Shown here: positions 1-11,969 of the stretch, in pieces
Layout: every line of letters begins with the position of its first letter
How positions within the stretch are numbered: position 1 is the first letter of the stretch
Assembly (NCBI RefSeq): GCF_001194135.2
Contig: NC_068997.1
Coordinates: forward strand, 6,546,008 to 6,610,007
From: Octopus bimaculoides
Lineage: Eukaryota
Direction of reading: 5' to 3'
DNA: 64,000 nt
Made by a program: the position numbers and the translations under genes
The notes under the pieces: model-generated
Databases searched by the model: none
Told to the model about the DNA's origin: nothing
What the model saw: the letters and a program-made list of their open reading frames with translations, nothing else

Positions 1-310
1 ATAGGCTGAGATGACAGTAGCTAATCTATGATGAAGCACTAGTCTGATCTTAAGTACTCTGTCACTTACTCTAACGACCTCGATTACCTTATCCACCCAT
101 TTCTCCGCTAGAAGTATTCCTACGCCCCCGACCCCGTCAGTGTTCCCTGCCCAGAAAATCTTGTACCTGTGTTCTTTGCCTGTGAGGAACCTTGCAGAAC
201 CTCCTCTCCATCTTACTTCCTGGATGCAGCACATATCTACGCATCTCCGTTCAAGCATCTCAACAATTTCACCAGATCTACCTTTCAGCGTGCCGACGTT
301 GAGAGTGCCA
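1..310 (-). mobile_element. RTE-clade LINE, AP-endonuclease domain, open frame running off the window (absent from the ORF track)
   Basis: GTLNVGTLKGRSGEIVEMLERRCVDMCCIQEVRWRG...GVGILLAEKWVDKVIEVVRVSDRVLKIRLVLHHRLATVISAY; no stops in about 100 codons. Confidence 0.9.
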
Positions 311-339
311 CTTGCTAATAATATTTCCAGTATCAAAGG

Positions 340-540
340 AAGCACGCCAGTTGAAATGTTTGGCGGCATTTCATCCACCTTTGCGTTTTGAGTTCAAATT
401 CTGCCATGGTTGACTTTGTGTTTCCTCCTCCCAGGGTCCAATAAAATAAGTACCAATATAACACTGGGGTCGATTTAATCAACTTACCCACCCCACCCCT
501 GAAATTGCTATTTTGTGCCAAAATTTGAAATCAATATTTC
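340..540 (+). mobile_element. SINE family A (gagttcaaattc-gcc-aggt-gacttt core)
   Basis: Further copies at about 18800-18895(+), 21535-21755(+), 21770-21930(+), 22030-22180(+), 48420-48600(-), 50330-50530(-), 50660-50900(-) and 59170-59410(-). Confidence 0.8.
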
Positions 541-1214
541 CAATATTGATAGTTTGAGAGGTTATCCCACAACCTTGATCAAAATGAAACAAAATCACTG
601 GAATTAGATTCAGTAGTGATTAAAGGAGCACTGATTTGAACATCTCCAAAATAATCCTGAATTACAAAAAGAAACAAGAGACAGAATGGTTAACATACGT
701 AACAGATTCTTGTCACTAACTTGTAAAGCAATGGATGAGTAAACAGTCAACTAATTCTAGTGTTTGAGTGAGAGACACAGTCATTTATTATGATGGTCTT
801 GTAGTAATGTCCAGAGTTGTTGAGGTGTTTGGATATTTGCAGAAGATAAAAAAAACCTGTAGATTTGAGCAACAATAAGCTGGGCTCTTTTCCTTTCGAG
901 TATACTGTTTTCAGTCTGTTTAAGTGATCAATGAAAATCCTCTATGTTGCAGCCTGAAATGGCAAGTTGTTTCTTTGTGGTTTGTTGTGAAGAGAGACTG
1001 AGGAAACAGCATCACAGGCATAATCCATGATCGATCTACCAGAATCACTTAGAAATAACAGCCAAATCTCCCACACACTTCACCTTATCTTCTTAAAAGA
1101 GAAACAAAAACACTGAAGAATTCAATTCTAAAAGAATATTCCAATAGTAATATTGTAGTAATGATATACCAGTTAGCAATATATAGAAATTTTGAATACA
1201 AAACTAAAACTTAC

Positions 1215-1385
1215 TTTGTCAGTGAAACCTTTTAAAGGCACTGGTGTTCCCCACTTCAGATCTCGACTTATACAGCGAGGTTTCAAACCATCTCTCAACC
1301 AAGAATTTGTGATTACTTTTGCATTATTTGTCCAAATACCTTTAGGAAAGACATGATCCAAGTGTTTCTTTAAATCTGGTTCCAG
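1215..1385 (-). CDS. MARS1: MARS1 exon 13; the gene continues beyond position 1
   Basis: 171 nt, [57 protein letters not shown]; the next conserved exon (VFYVWFD) was not seen in the window. Confidence 0.97.
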
Positions 1386-2076
1386 CTGAAATGGTTGACC
1401 AAATTTTGTGTAAGTCACACAGTAGGAATATTCTAGTAATTATCTTTATACAAACCTTCTAATTCTGCAAGTTACAATTGTCTAAGTAACATTTCCACAC
1501 TCACCTGGCTTATCTCTATTCTTTAACCAAGCCATAAATAATAGTATTTGTCATATTTACTGAAACTTGACAATTTTTAATATTTTACTGCATCATTTTC
1601 AAGTCAACATAAAAAAAAAAAAAATCAAACTTGTTTCCAATCGTACTCAATTGATTTCTAAGTATTGAAAGTAATGTAATTTTTCAGCATTCCTCAAGAG
1701 TCTAACAACCATATCATCCATTTTCTAAAGCCTAACATTCCATAAAGAGCTAAATAAGTTACATCAACACTCCACTCCTGCCAGTGAAGATAGCTTCTAC
1801 ATATTTTATCTGCAAGAAAGAGCAGCCATATCTCCATGAAATCATACCATGTTTAAAAATAAGAATAGAAAGACACACTGAACAATGTAGTCCTACATAC
1901 ATTATCTGAAAAAAGATGGGATGGCCATGTGTGGACCCTCTTTGATCATAAGGTCTGTCCAAGGCTGATCCACTGTTAAATAACAAATGCTGAAGTGATC
2001 ATCACTAGTCTCAGATAAGAAAATAAAATCAACAATGTAATGGCAGCAACATAAAGAAACTGTTGTAAATATTTAC

Positions 2077-2263
2077 CTTAGGAAGATCGAGGAAGAGATG
2101 TCGAGAAGATTTGACAATGGGTGTGTTTGAGCAGGTTTTACAACGAGGTTTCACTAAATCTATGGCATTGATTAGTTTACCACATTTGTCACACTGATCT
2201 CCCCTGGCATCATCAAAACCACACAGAGGACAGATTCCTTCAACAAACCTATCAGCAAGAAAC
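2077..2263 (-). CDS. MARS1: MARS1 exon 12 (zinc-binding CP domain)
   Basis: 187 nt, [62 protein letters not shown]. Confidence 0.98.
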
Positions 2264-2339
2264 CTGAAAAACAAAATCAAAACAGATTGCTTCCCTGTTG
2301 AAATGTCTGGAAAAGATTTCATTTTATTTGTCATTCGAA

Positions 2340-3150
2340 ACAGACGCAATATTCAGTGGATTTAGTGTAGACAATAGTAATGGTTTGTTATCATATAAAA
2401 GAAATGACTATCATTGCATGGAAAAAATTCCTCTCGCGGAATTGTCTGACAAGGTGGATCTCCAGACAACACCTAGTTTGTTTAGGGTAGACCATGCTTT
2501 GGCTGTCCAACTTTTTACAAGTTGAAGCTATCGGAGAACCAAGGTATATAAAATCATCGACTTGAATGATGGGGGTCTCTGGTGATCTTTTGCGATTATA
2601 AACAATGAGTTTGGTTTTACTAGGATTCACAAATAGTATATTTTGTGCAATTAATTCTAGACTATGAAGTAATTGGATGGAGTTTGACATTGTGTCAGAG
2701 AGCAAGTCTAAATCATCAGCATAATCTACATTCTTGCAACAGTAGAGCCAGTCCTTTTATATGGAGCAACAACCTGGATGCTTGCCAAAAAATTGGAATC
2801 CAAGCTAGATGGAACTTACACCCAAATGTTAAGAGCAGTCTTAAACATATCTTGGAGAACTCATTGCACCAAGAAGTAGCTGTATAGAGATCTCCTGCCT
2901 CTTTCCACCATTATAAGGGAAAGGCGCTTGCACTTTGCAGAACGCTGCTGGCAAGTGACCTACTGTTATGGATGCCAAAGCATGGCCATACTCAATCAGG
3001 TCGTCTGAACACCACGTATGTAGATCAACTCATCAGAGACATTGGATGCCTCCCCAAAGACCTCCCTCAACTGATGCAGGACTGAGGGGGATGGCATGTG
3101 TAGGTTAAAAACATCTGGTTGAGCAACCTCAACCAGATGTTGATGGTGAT
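2340..3150. mobile_element. Decayed RTE-like LINE 3' part with a 5' inversion
   Basis: Minus strand about 2727-2340: DYADDLDLLSDT...VDDFIYLGS. Plus strand about 2730-3150: ATVEPVLLYGATTWMLAKKLESKLDGTYTQMLRAVLNISW...GR..TTYVDQL, with a GAT-like tail. Confidence 0.8.
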
Positions 3151-3479
3151 GTATTATGTATGGGAAATTGTTACAAAAAGTCTGTGTGCGTTGTTATGTG
3201 ATGTGACATTTACCGAGAAAGAGTAATGTACATTTTGTTATGGACTGAGTCATTGTGACCAAACTGGTGTGTGTGACATTGTAACCTGTGTTGTTAGATG
3301 TGTGATTGTGACAAAAAGGGCAGTGGACATGATTTATGATGTATAGATAGTTCGTGTTGTTAATACAACAGAGCGCAAAGTGTTCAGACCAAAGAAAAGA
3401 AAACACAATGTCTCATCCAAAAATAAAAGTATTTTAAAAACCAGAAAGCATCAACTAGATTTTGGCTGAGAGATAACAG

Positions 3480-3860
3480 GTTTACTCAGAGTAGCCACCC
3501 TTCCACTATGGTCTGAAAATGGCTCTGGAACCTGGCACATGCAGTTCTCAGTGTCCATAGAAAGATCTTCAAACACCTCTTTGATCTTGGTAACCACCCT
3601 GGCCCAGGCAGAGTGGTTGGTGTCTTTCTCAACTATACCCCACACATATTAGTCCATGGGATTACAATCAGGAGAATTAGAAAACCAGGAATTGGTGCTG
3701 CTGAAGCCATAGAAATTCTCCAATAAGCACTTCTGACTCTTCCCAGAGGTATGGCAAGGATCCAAATAACCTGCAGCCACACATAATGGCCTTCTAACAG
3801 CAGCCTCTCCAGATGAGTTGTCTTTTATTGCTATGTGCAATAAAAGACGTAAAACCAAAG
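3480..3860 (-). mobile_element. Tc1/mariner transposase C-terminal fragment, DD37D (maT)-like
   Basis: PCHTSGKSQKCLLENFYGFSSTNSWFSNSPDCNPMD*YVWGIVEKDTN; third catalytic residue is D; 37-residue spacing when the QQDSAP motif is restored (that motif is frameshifted here). Confidence 0.75.
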
Positions 3861-4556
3861 GTAACTTTCTGACCAGCCACAACCAACATCATACACACAC
3901 ACACACACACAGGTTTCCGTCAACCAATTCCACTCACAACACATTGGTTCAGCTGAGGCTACAGCAGAAGACACTTGCCCAAGATGTCAAGCATTGAGAT
4001 AGAACTCAAAACCATGTGGTTACAAAATGAACACCATATCCACACAGCCATACCTACACTCCTCAGTTGCAGGATTTCAATTTTGCTTGCAAAAAAAAAT
4101 GGCAGTTGTTTATACTGACATCAACTCTGACTGAGCAGACCTGTGGTAACAGGCATTCCAGCCATGATCATCTGATCATTTAAGATGGTAGGGTGTTATT
4201 TAAGGGACACTTGGCTGCCATGGTTGCTCACACATTGAGCCACCATAAAATTAATTGATAGCGTGTGTATATGTGTGACCTTATTTGCTATCTTTAATCT
4301 GTAGGAAGCTAGTGAGTAACCCATTTGGGGATTAATCCAAGATAGTAATTGCTGATTATCTAATTAATTGTTATTTGATTGGTAGTCACTGGATGTATTA
4401 ATCACTCAATGTCCATCAGTGTAGCCGTGAAAATGATTCTATTTTAAATTTCACCAACAACTGAAATCTACAAAATGCATTGAAACACATTTTGGAAAAC
4501 TTATGTAAACAAAAACAAATAAAATATAACATCTACAACCAAAAGTAACAACTAAC

Positions 4557-4646
4557 CGATCACATTTTTCGCATTTCAATTGGTCAACAGTATCTTCAGA
4601 GATATAACCTTTCTTATGTAACTTCCAAAATATGTCCTGAGCAATC
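4557..4646 (-). CDS. MARS1: MARS1 exon 11
   Basis: 90 nt, IAQDIFWKLHKKGYISEDTVDQLKCEKCD(R); first CxxC of the zinc knuckle. Confidence 0.95.
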
Positions 4647-5653
4647 CTAAAGAGAAATACAATAATTAAAATTCCAAATACAAATTAATAGCTGCAAATA
4701 AACACACACATACTGAAAAGATACAATGAAAAATATAAAAAAAGTAAAATGCACAGAGATTTTATGTTGGACAAAATATATATATATATATCTATATATT
4801 TATGAAATAAAATATTTACATAGTCAACCAGTTTCGCTTATGCTAATCATGACAAAGAAATTAGTGATAATGTTAAGATTTCATTCTATATTAGTAGGAG
4901 GAAAGATATTTTGTGTGTGTATGTGTGTCTATGTGAATATATATATATATGTATGTATAGAGAGAGAGAGACATACACACATACATGCATGTGTGTGTGG
5001 GTGTAAAACAATTTTAAATATATATGTGCATTATATGAACATAAAGAAGGATTAAAGAAAATCCAAAGCAAAGTGTTCCACCAATAGAGATAGAGCAAAA
5101 AGTTCTTGACCAACCAATGTGCTTAGTCATCCAAAAGGCTGATTGAACAAAACCTTGGTTTCACTATCTTTAATCCTTACTTTCCATATTTGGCGTATAT
5201 ATATATATATCAATATATCCAACTCCAAATGCAAGGGTGTATTGAGGAATGTTGTATTTTTGTGCAGGGTGGTTAAAAAATTAACTTTGCAACTACATGG
5301 TTTCAGGTTCAGTTCTACTGCACAACACCTGGGGCAAGTGCTATCTACTGTAGCCCCAAACCAACAAATGCCTTCTGAGTGAATCTGGTAAATGGAAACT
5401 GTGTGGAAGCTTGTGTGCATGTTTCTCCAATTCACCCACTGCTTGACAACTGGTGTTGCTTTCTTTACATCCTCATAACTTTGCAGTTTAACAAAAGAGA
5501 CTGATAGAGTAAGTACTGGGATTGATTTGTTTGAGTAAATCTTTCAAGGTGGTGCCCCAGCATGGTCGTAGTCCAACCACTGAGACAGATAAAAGTAGAT
5601 AAAAAAATAAACAAAATTAGTATACATATAAAAAATCAAAAATCAAAACCTAC

Positions 5654-5857
5654 TCAGTTTGTAATTTGGTTGTTGTGCGACCAAAATAATCAAATGAAAT
5701 ATTAAACCATTTATAAATTTCTTCATGGATTACATTGTATTTATCACAAATCTGCTGTGGTGTGAGTCCTTCCTCCATAGCTTTTGTTTCCGTTGCTGTA
5801 CCATATTCATCTGTTCCACAGATATAAAGACAGTTATAGCCACGTAACTGAGAATAC
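5654..5857 (-). CDS. MARS1: MARS1 exon 10
   Basis: 204 nt, [67 protein letters not shown](E). Confidence 0.97.
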
Positions 5858-6187
5858 CTAGAAAGAAAATATCAAACTAAATTTATTAATTCAAGCCTCT
5901 CGAGTTTTACAAAATCTTACAGCTTTCTCATTCCTCTTCAAACATTTTATACTGCAGCTTTGATTAATTAAAACTAATTTGAATTTATTTGCAACACACA
6001 GAACTCTTGTAATCACAAGTAAAAACATACACAGGGACACACATATACACATATTTGTAGTCACACACACGCATATCTTTCAAAATTCAAACAAACATCA
6101 AAGGCAACTTTTATTACTAAAAACAATGGATAAAGATTTACATTGACTTTGGAAATATATTACAGGTATGAAGCTATTAAAGATTAC

Positions 6188-6304
6188 CTTGAGAAAATAT
6201 CTGCACTGAGAGTTGATCCAATAATATTGCCCAGGTGAGGTACATTATTCACGTAAGGCAATGCACTTGTAATAAGAATGTTGCGGGCACCAGGTACAGG
6301 TAAA
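6188..6304 (-). CDS. MARS1: MARS1 exon 9, class I HIGH motif
   Basis: [38 protein letters not shown](R); HLGN motif; 117 nt, AG/GT. Confidence 0.97.
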
Positions 6305-7207
6305 CTATAAGAATATCACTCAATTAGGGATTGGATCTTATAAATTTAAAATTGTTACAATAAATTTTTTTTTAATTATTAAAACAGAGACCACAATGAG
6401 CTAATGATTCTCATATCAAAACAGTAATTCAAGTGACACCATGGAATTTTTCAGGGTTTGAAATGCATAAATAATCAAATATATATGGGAAGGTTATAAT
6501 GTAGATCAATGATTCAAAGACTGGATCTTTAAAATAACTAGTCTAAAGAATGTCAGGTGTTTGAAATTTTGTTTATATTACAAAATAATATTATTTTATT
6601 GTTTAATATTTACAGCAAATGGAAAAAATGTCATCATTATCATCATCTGCTTTCTATGCTGGCATGGGTAAGATGGTTTGACTGAAACTGGTAAGCTGAA
6701 GAGCTGCACCAGGTTCCAATCTGATTTAGAATGGCTTCTACAGCTGGATGCCTTTCCTAACACCAACCACTCCAAGAATGTAGTGGGTGCCTTTTAGTAT
6801 ATAATCATTTAAAAAAGACATTTAAACTTGTTTAGGATAAATATAAGTATTTTTGTGGCTGATACACAGGAGCCATTATTCAAGGTTTAGATCTTTTCTC
6901 TTAATCAAGACCGTAATGGCATCAAGTAAATTGAAGGAAGCATCCTTTAAAAAAATATATTGCTCTGTAAAGATATCCTCAAAGATGATGTTCATATGAA
7001 CAAAACTATTTTATAAAATCTTATCAAAATGTAACATAGATTCATCCAAATTACTAAGGCTTCAGAGAATATACCACCTTTATTATACAGTTCACAACTA
7101 GTAAGGTGTATGGGTTAATTTAGCTGGCAATTTCAATATTAACTAAATGCTTCAGCACTCAAGATCTACATGATATATTTGCAGAGATAGAAAAAAACAA
7201 TCCTTAC

Positions 7208-7311
7208 ATGGGATGTTCTCTTTTAGTTGCATTTGTTGTACATGGAAGTTTCCATGCAGCCACAGATTTGGAAATTTCATTGCTGTTCACTAATACATCA
7301 TTGGCTGCTTC
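7208..7311 (-). CDS. MARS1: MARS1 exon 8
   Basis: 104 nt, EAANDVLVNSNEISKSVAAWKLPCTTNATKREHP(I); matches the EEEIAMAVTAW...NPVLP region; AG/GT. Confidence 0.88.
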
Positions 7312-7329
7312 CTGAAAAGAATAAGTTTT

Positions 7330-7660
7330 GATGGGAAAATTTAGGCAAGAAAGCAAGAATAAATATGTCGAATATATTGGAATACCTGACTGAAACAGAA
7401 CCAGCCAGTTGCCTGCAAATTGTTGCCATCTTAGTAATTTGCACATGGAATCATGCATCATTACTCATATGGCTTCTTCGATCATTCACCAACTCTGGGA
7501 TTACCCTACCTCTGGTCCTGTGTATTCTAAACTGCAATCTGTTTGTGAACTGATAGCAGGGTGCTTGAAATTGCTCAACATTGTACGACATATTGTTTTC
7601 TTCAGCCCACTTGTATATAGCATTCAAATCATTCTGTAGTTTTGAATTATCATTAGGGTC
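7330..7660 (-). mobile_element. Decayed CR1/L2-group LINE RT C-terminal fragment
   Basis: LQNDLNAIYKWAEENNMSYNVEQFQ ... YTGP ... FHVQITKMATICRQLAG, with stops and frameshifts. Confidence 0.7.
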
Positions 7661-7689
7661 CTATCAGCAGAGCTGGTAGGAGTGGCTGA

Positions 7690-8050
7690 GTGTACACACA
7701 TGCATCATAGTCTTCCTTTCACTCTAAGCAATAAGCCCTTTATTACCAGCAGAGGAAGGAATTCTCTGAACTTTGTCCAGCCTATTCTTATTCTGGCAGT
7801 TATGCTCTTGGAGCAGTCAACTCTGCTACTGACTTAGTTACCTAGGTAACGGAAGCTATCAACTATATCTAGTTATTCTCCCATGGCATGTACATTTTTA
7901 GTGTTCATTGTACCTGAGCACCTTCCAAACACAAAAACTATCTTCCCTGTTAACCTTCCTCTGATATTGCTGCACCTTTTATGTGTCCAAAGCTTACACC
8001 AGGAACATCTTGTGGAGTTTCTACTTATACCTTTTCTATAGACATCTATC
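7690..8050 (-). mobile_element. RTE LINE RT fragment including the PHD-like insert
   Basis: YRKGISRNSTRCSWCKLWTHKRCSNIRGRLTGKIVFVFGRC followed by the DSFRYLG region; homologous to 16000-16250. Confidence 0.85.
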
Positions 8051-8061
8051 TGAAGGGCTTG

Positions 8062-8325
8062 CTAAGACTTGACTGGCTTCTGGTGGCATGTAAAAAGCAC
8101 CAACTGATTGTAGCCATTGCCAGTCTCCTCTGGCCCCTGTGCAGGTGGCATGTAAAAAGCACTCACTACACTCACAGAGTGGTTGGCATTAGGAAGGGCA
8201 TCCAGCTGTAGAAACTCTGCCAGATCAGACTGGAGCCTGGTGCAGCCTCCTGGCTTCCCAGACCCCAGTTGAACCGTCCAACCCATGCTAGCATGGAAAA
8301 CGGACGTTAAATGATGATGATGATG
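8062..8325 (+). mobile_element. RTE LINE 3' UTR end / RTE-tailed SINE
   Basis: gtggttggcattaggaagggcatccagctgtagaaac...cccatgctagcatggaaaacggacgttaa with (ATG)n tail. The same tail occurs at 6630-6800(-), 11970-12130(-), 14950-15115(-), 24780-24905(+), 41240-41365(+) and 60450-60615(-). Confidence 0.85.
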
Positions 8326-8358
8326 ATATATATATATATACTTCTACATAATTCTCAC

Positions 8359-8499
8359 CTGGTTTTCAGGTTGTTTTACAGGCTTCACTGGTAACTTGGA
8401 TGTCAGAGATTTAGGTTTTTGGTCGTCTTGAAGCTTTGATCCACTCTTACTTTCCCATGTAGCTTTTGAGGATTTCTGATTACTTTTACAAACAGATTC
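8359..8499 (-). CDS. MARS1: MARS1 exon 7 (Lys/Ser/Pro-rich linker)
   Basis: 141 nt open frame ESVCKSNQKSSKATWESKSGSKLQDDQKPKSLTSKLPVKPVKQPENQ; ttgcAG acceptor, GTGAGA donor; phase 0-0. Confidence 0.75.
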
Positions 8500-9110
8500 C
8501 TGCAATTATAGACAAAAATAAGGCAAATATTGACTGTAAACTTCAGTTTTTACATGGTCTAAAGGCCAAACATTTATTGGGGAGAGCAACAGTCAGTGGG
8601 AATCAACTTCTGGTACTCTTTTATCAACAAAAGAGTGGAAAGTTAGTTGTCCTTGATGGGATGTGAACACAGAATATGAGGATTAGCAATTTCCTAAGCT
8701 TGAGAAGACCTGTCCATCTCCCATGCTGACACTCTAGTTTGTATATTTTCTTAAGGCTGATACCAAATAAAGACACAATTTATAGCAGATAAAACTAGGC
8801 TGACAGAAGGAGACCCAATAACACCTAGGAAGTGATGTTAGACAACAAACCATCGAATGCTAAGTCCAAATTGTATATTTATACAAAGTTACATTAACAC
8901 ATGCTTCAGTTTTCTGACTGGAAAAATGTCACCCCTCTGATGTTACTTCATTTTTAATACTAGTGTAACAATAGCAACAGCTTGTAAACAATCTATGTAA
9001 CACCAACAGAGATTATACTAACAACAATAACAGCAGAATTAGCATTTATGCTACAATGGAGAGGGAATCACACGTCACAAATACTGTGAATAAAAAATAA
9101 CCATGTTTAC

Positions 9111-9226
9111 CGTTAGAGCTGCAGTTCTTTGACTATCGGTCAGCTGATTGACTCCATCTTGGAAATCTTTCTTGCCAGACAAACATTTAAACCAGGACGA
9201 CACTTTAGGATAATCTTTTTCCCAGT
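9111..9226 (-). CDS. MARS1: MARS1 exon 6
   Basis: 116 nt, (D)WEKDYPKVSSWFKCLSGKKDFQDGVNQLTDSQRTAALT; YPxVxxWF GST-C signature; phase 1 to 0. Confidence 0.88.
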
Positions 9227-9737
9227 CTTAAAGAAAAGAAAAAGTTGAAATAATACAACCTTAAAGCAACAGTTTAGTCATTACTTTGAAACAGTATGTC
9301 ATTTAGCAATATTACCATATTATAAAACTAATGCTTGTTGCTGGTGTTTAACCCAAGTTCTGCTTTGAATTCATAGGTTTATGATTTAAAGCATTGTAAC
9401 TGTAAACCTCACATCTTTTTGTTTGTCAAGGACTACGTTGTCCAATGAGTCTTTCTTTTGTTCAAGATAGTAGGGAGCATCTGAGGTTTTGGCTGTTATT
9501 TCTAGCAAATCAAATGTTCAAATCATGAATAGGCTAAGTTTTAGAAATTTCTAGCTAGCACTTTCACCAATTGCCAAGATCTTGAAACTATAGCAACAGC
9601 AAATTTCAAAATTTGAAATTATGTCAGATGAGCCTTAATTCTAACAATTGGTTTAAAAATTAAGTTTTAAATAATGGACATTGTGGTTAGGTCAAAGAAG
9701 ATTTCAAACCTTCAACATTGCAATATCTTTAACATAC

Positions 9738-9813
9738 CTTTAATGACATCTGTTTGATTGAATACATGATACAATGTTGACCAAACTGTGACATCAGCAG
9801 CAGTCATTTGGCC
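9738..9813 (-). CDS. MARS1: MARS1 exon 5 (GST-C helix)
   Basis: 76 nt, GQMTAADVTVWSTLYHVFNQTDVIK; GST-C TxAD motif; AG/GT. Confidence 0.9.
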
Positions 9814-9954
9814 CTGAAAAGAATATACATTTGTTTGTATGTATGTGCTAAAATATATATATATATATATATATATATAGGTTTGTATGTATGTGCTAAC
9901 GTTAAAATAAGGTTATCATTTTGATGCAATTTAAGAAAACAATGAAATATTTGT

Positions 9955-10295
9955 TAAATTCAAATTACGACAAATGTAAACAAACAAGCAAAGCTTGCTT
10001 TTAGAAGCGTTGAGATGTCTTTTTTATAGAAAGTTAAAGAAGTGATGTTTAAATTCTCAATCGCAGAATAATGCTGATAATATAGCCTGAACAGGATAAA
10101 CTATCCCTATTTTTGCAGAGAAAAGCGTAGGTGGCCAGCTGTGGACACAGCTGGCCACCTATACTTTTCTCTGCAAAAATAGGGATACAGCTGGCCACCT
10201 ACACTTTTCTCTGCAAAAATAGGGATAGTTTATCCTGTTCAGGCTATATTATTAGCATTATTCTGCGATTGAGAATTTAAACATCACTTCTTTAA
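9955..10295. repeat. Fold-back (inverted-repeat) element with internal 40-bp tandem duplication
   Basis: 10034-10143 is the reverse complement of the right arm ending at 10295, with a 2-nt loop at 10144-10145; 10147-10186 and 10187-10226 are direct copies with 1 mismatch. Confidence 0.95.
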
Positions 10296-11662
10296 TGAAA
10301 CATTTACTAACAGGATGATTCTATACTGAGAATACAATCAAATTTATTATAAAGTCCCAGCCAACTTGATCTCCACAAGTGTAAAGAAGAGAGACAGAGA
10401 CAGGCAGAAACAAGGAAAATGCCCCTTGTATTTGAATACTATGCAAATATTCTCCTAAAAAACTTTTCATTTAATTTTTCCAAAAAATAATTGTTTTCCA
10501 TACTTAGAGCTGAAAAAGTCTCAATGACCGAAACCAGTACAGAAATGTTTTTTATGATAAAATTATTTTAGCATTTTCTACCTTCACTTTTTTTCCTTAT
10601 ATATAAATGTGTGTGTGTGTAATTAAACATCGGAGCAAAGGAAATTAATTAGACAGGGTGAATGGCACAAATGTTGATGTGTTGCAGTGAATGATGGAGG
10701 CAAAGAATTTTTTAATTAATTGAAATTTTTCCATTAAATTCTAAAATTTTCTGCTTGAAATTCTTAGAGTTGAATCTCTGCTAGAAATAGAGAAGAAATT
10801 TCAAGTGTGGAAGAAAGAACTGTTATCAAAGTGTCAACTTAGCAAAGACCAAAGTAGGAAAGCAGATGAATTACTAATCCCTTCGGGGAAAAGGAGTGAG
10901 TTGATTGGTGATTTGCTGTGAAGACCCTTCAAGCTAAGTAAAATCCAGGCCCCCATCCCAACCCTCTAACAAACCTCTCCCTCACATAGCCCATCTTCTC
11001 TCCACCTGTTGTATACCCAACCCCTCCATCTCTTCCCCCCACAACATATCCTCCTAACACGCCCCTCCCCTTTACCTCTGTCCATTCACTACATTCCTTC
11101 CCCTCCACCTCCCACTCCCTTTTTCTGCAACCTCATCAATTCACTCACCCACATACCTACCCTATCCAATCCTTGCTCCCAATTCATTTATATACACTTC
11201 TCTGTACCTTGAGAGTACCCCCACCCCCTACTCCATCACATTTTCACCTTCTTCACTTGCCTCTCTCTCTCTCTGCTACTGAGGTATCCATCTATCCTCA
11301 TTACTACAAGTTGTCTATTTCTGTCCCTCATACTCAAACCTCCCACCTTCTCTCAATACTACTCCCCCTCCTAGTCAAGGGGTCTTGCCTTGTAAATTAT
11401 TTGGTCATTCCACTGCTGCAAGTGTGCAATTCCTGCCTACATCCTTTCTACATGGCAAGCAGGGTCGTTTATCTGAAATGGGTAGGGTCCTGTCTGTTTT
11501 CTTGCTTACTATAAAACCTTAGTCTTTGCCAAGTTAACTTTAAGGCCTTTCCAATCTAGCTTCTGTTTCCATACCTGGAATTTTTTTTCCACCTCTGTTA
11601 CAGACTGCTATGAAAGCAAAATTATCAACATATATTTTTTTATTATTATTCAGTTTACTTAC

Positions 11663-11803
11663 TTTCACAAGGTTGTTATCGTTTTTCTTCAGTTTATCCT
11701 CCATATACTTCAGGTGAGAGTGAAGCAAAGCCAAATTTGCACCATTGTCTTCTTTAGAAACATTCTTCCCACTCGCAATTGATATTATATCCTTTACAGT
11801 AGA
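11663..11803 (-). CDS. MARS1: MARS1 exon 4
   Basis: 141 nt, phase 0-0, STVKDIISIASGKNVSKEDNGANLALLHSHLKYMEDKLKKNDNNLVK; ttccAG acceptor, GTAAGT donor. Confidence 0.85.
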
Positions 11804-11969
11804 CTGGAAATAAAATGGTGAGAACTTTACAGTGAAATTAATATAATAACTGCTGTTGCTTCTTATTGCTGTCTACAGTTATAGTCAAATTGGAAAGAGA
11901 ATCTGCTCTCACTAGTTTCTTATTGAGTTTGAAATGGAAAAAATACCCTAACTTTCTAATCTAATAACA

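Noticed and set aside
140-391. Plus-strand 83-aa ORF
   Set aside because: It is the antisense shadow of the RTE endonuclease frame.
11009-11514. Pro/His/Leu-rich plus-strand ORFs
   Set aside because: Translation of a low-complexity C/T-rich tract and adjacent repeat fragments.
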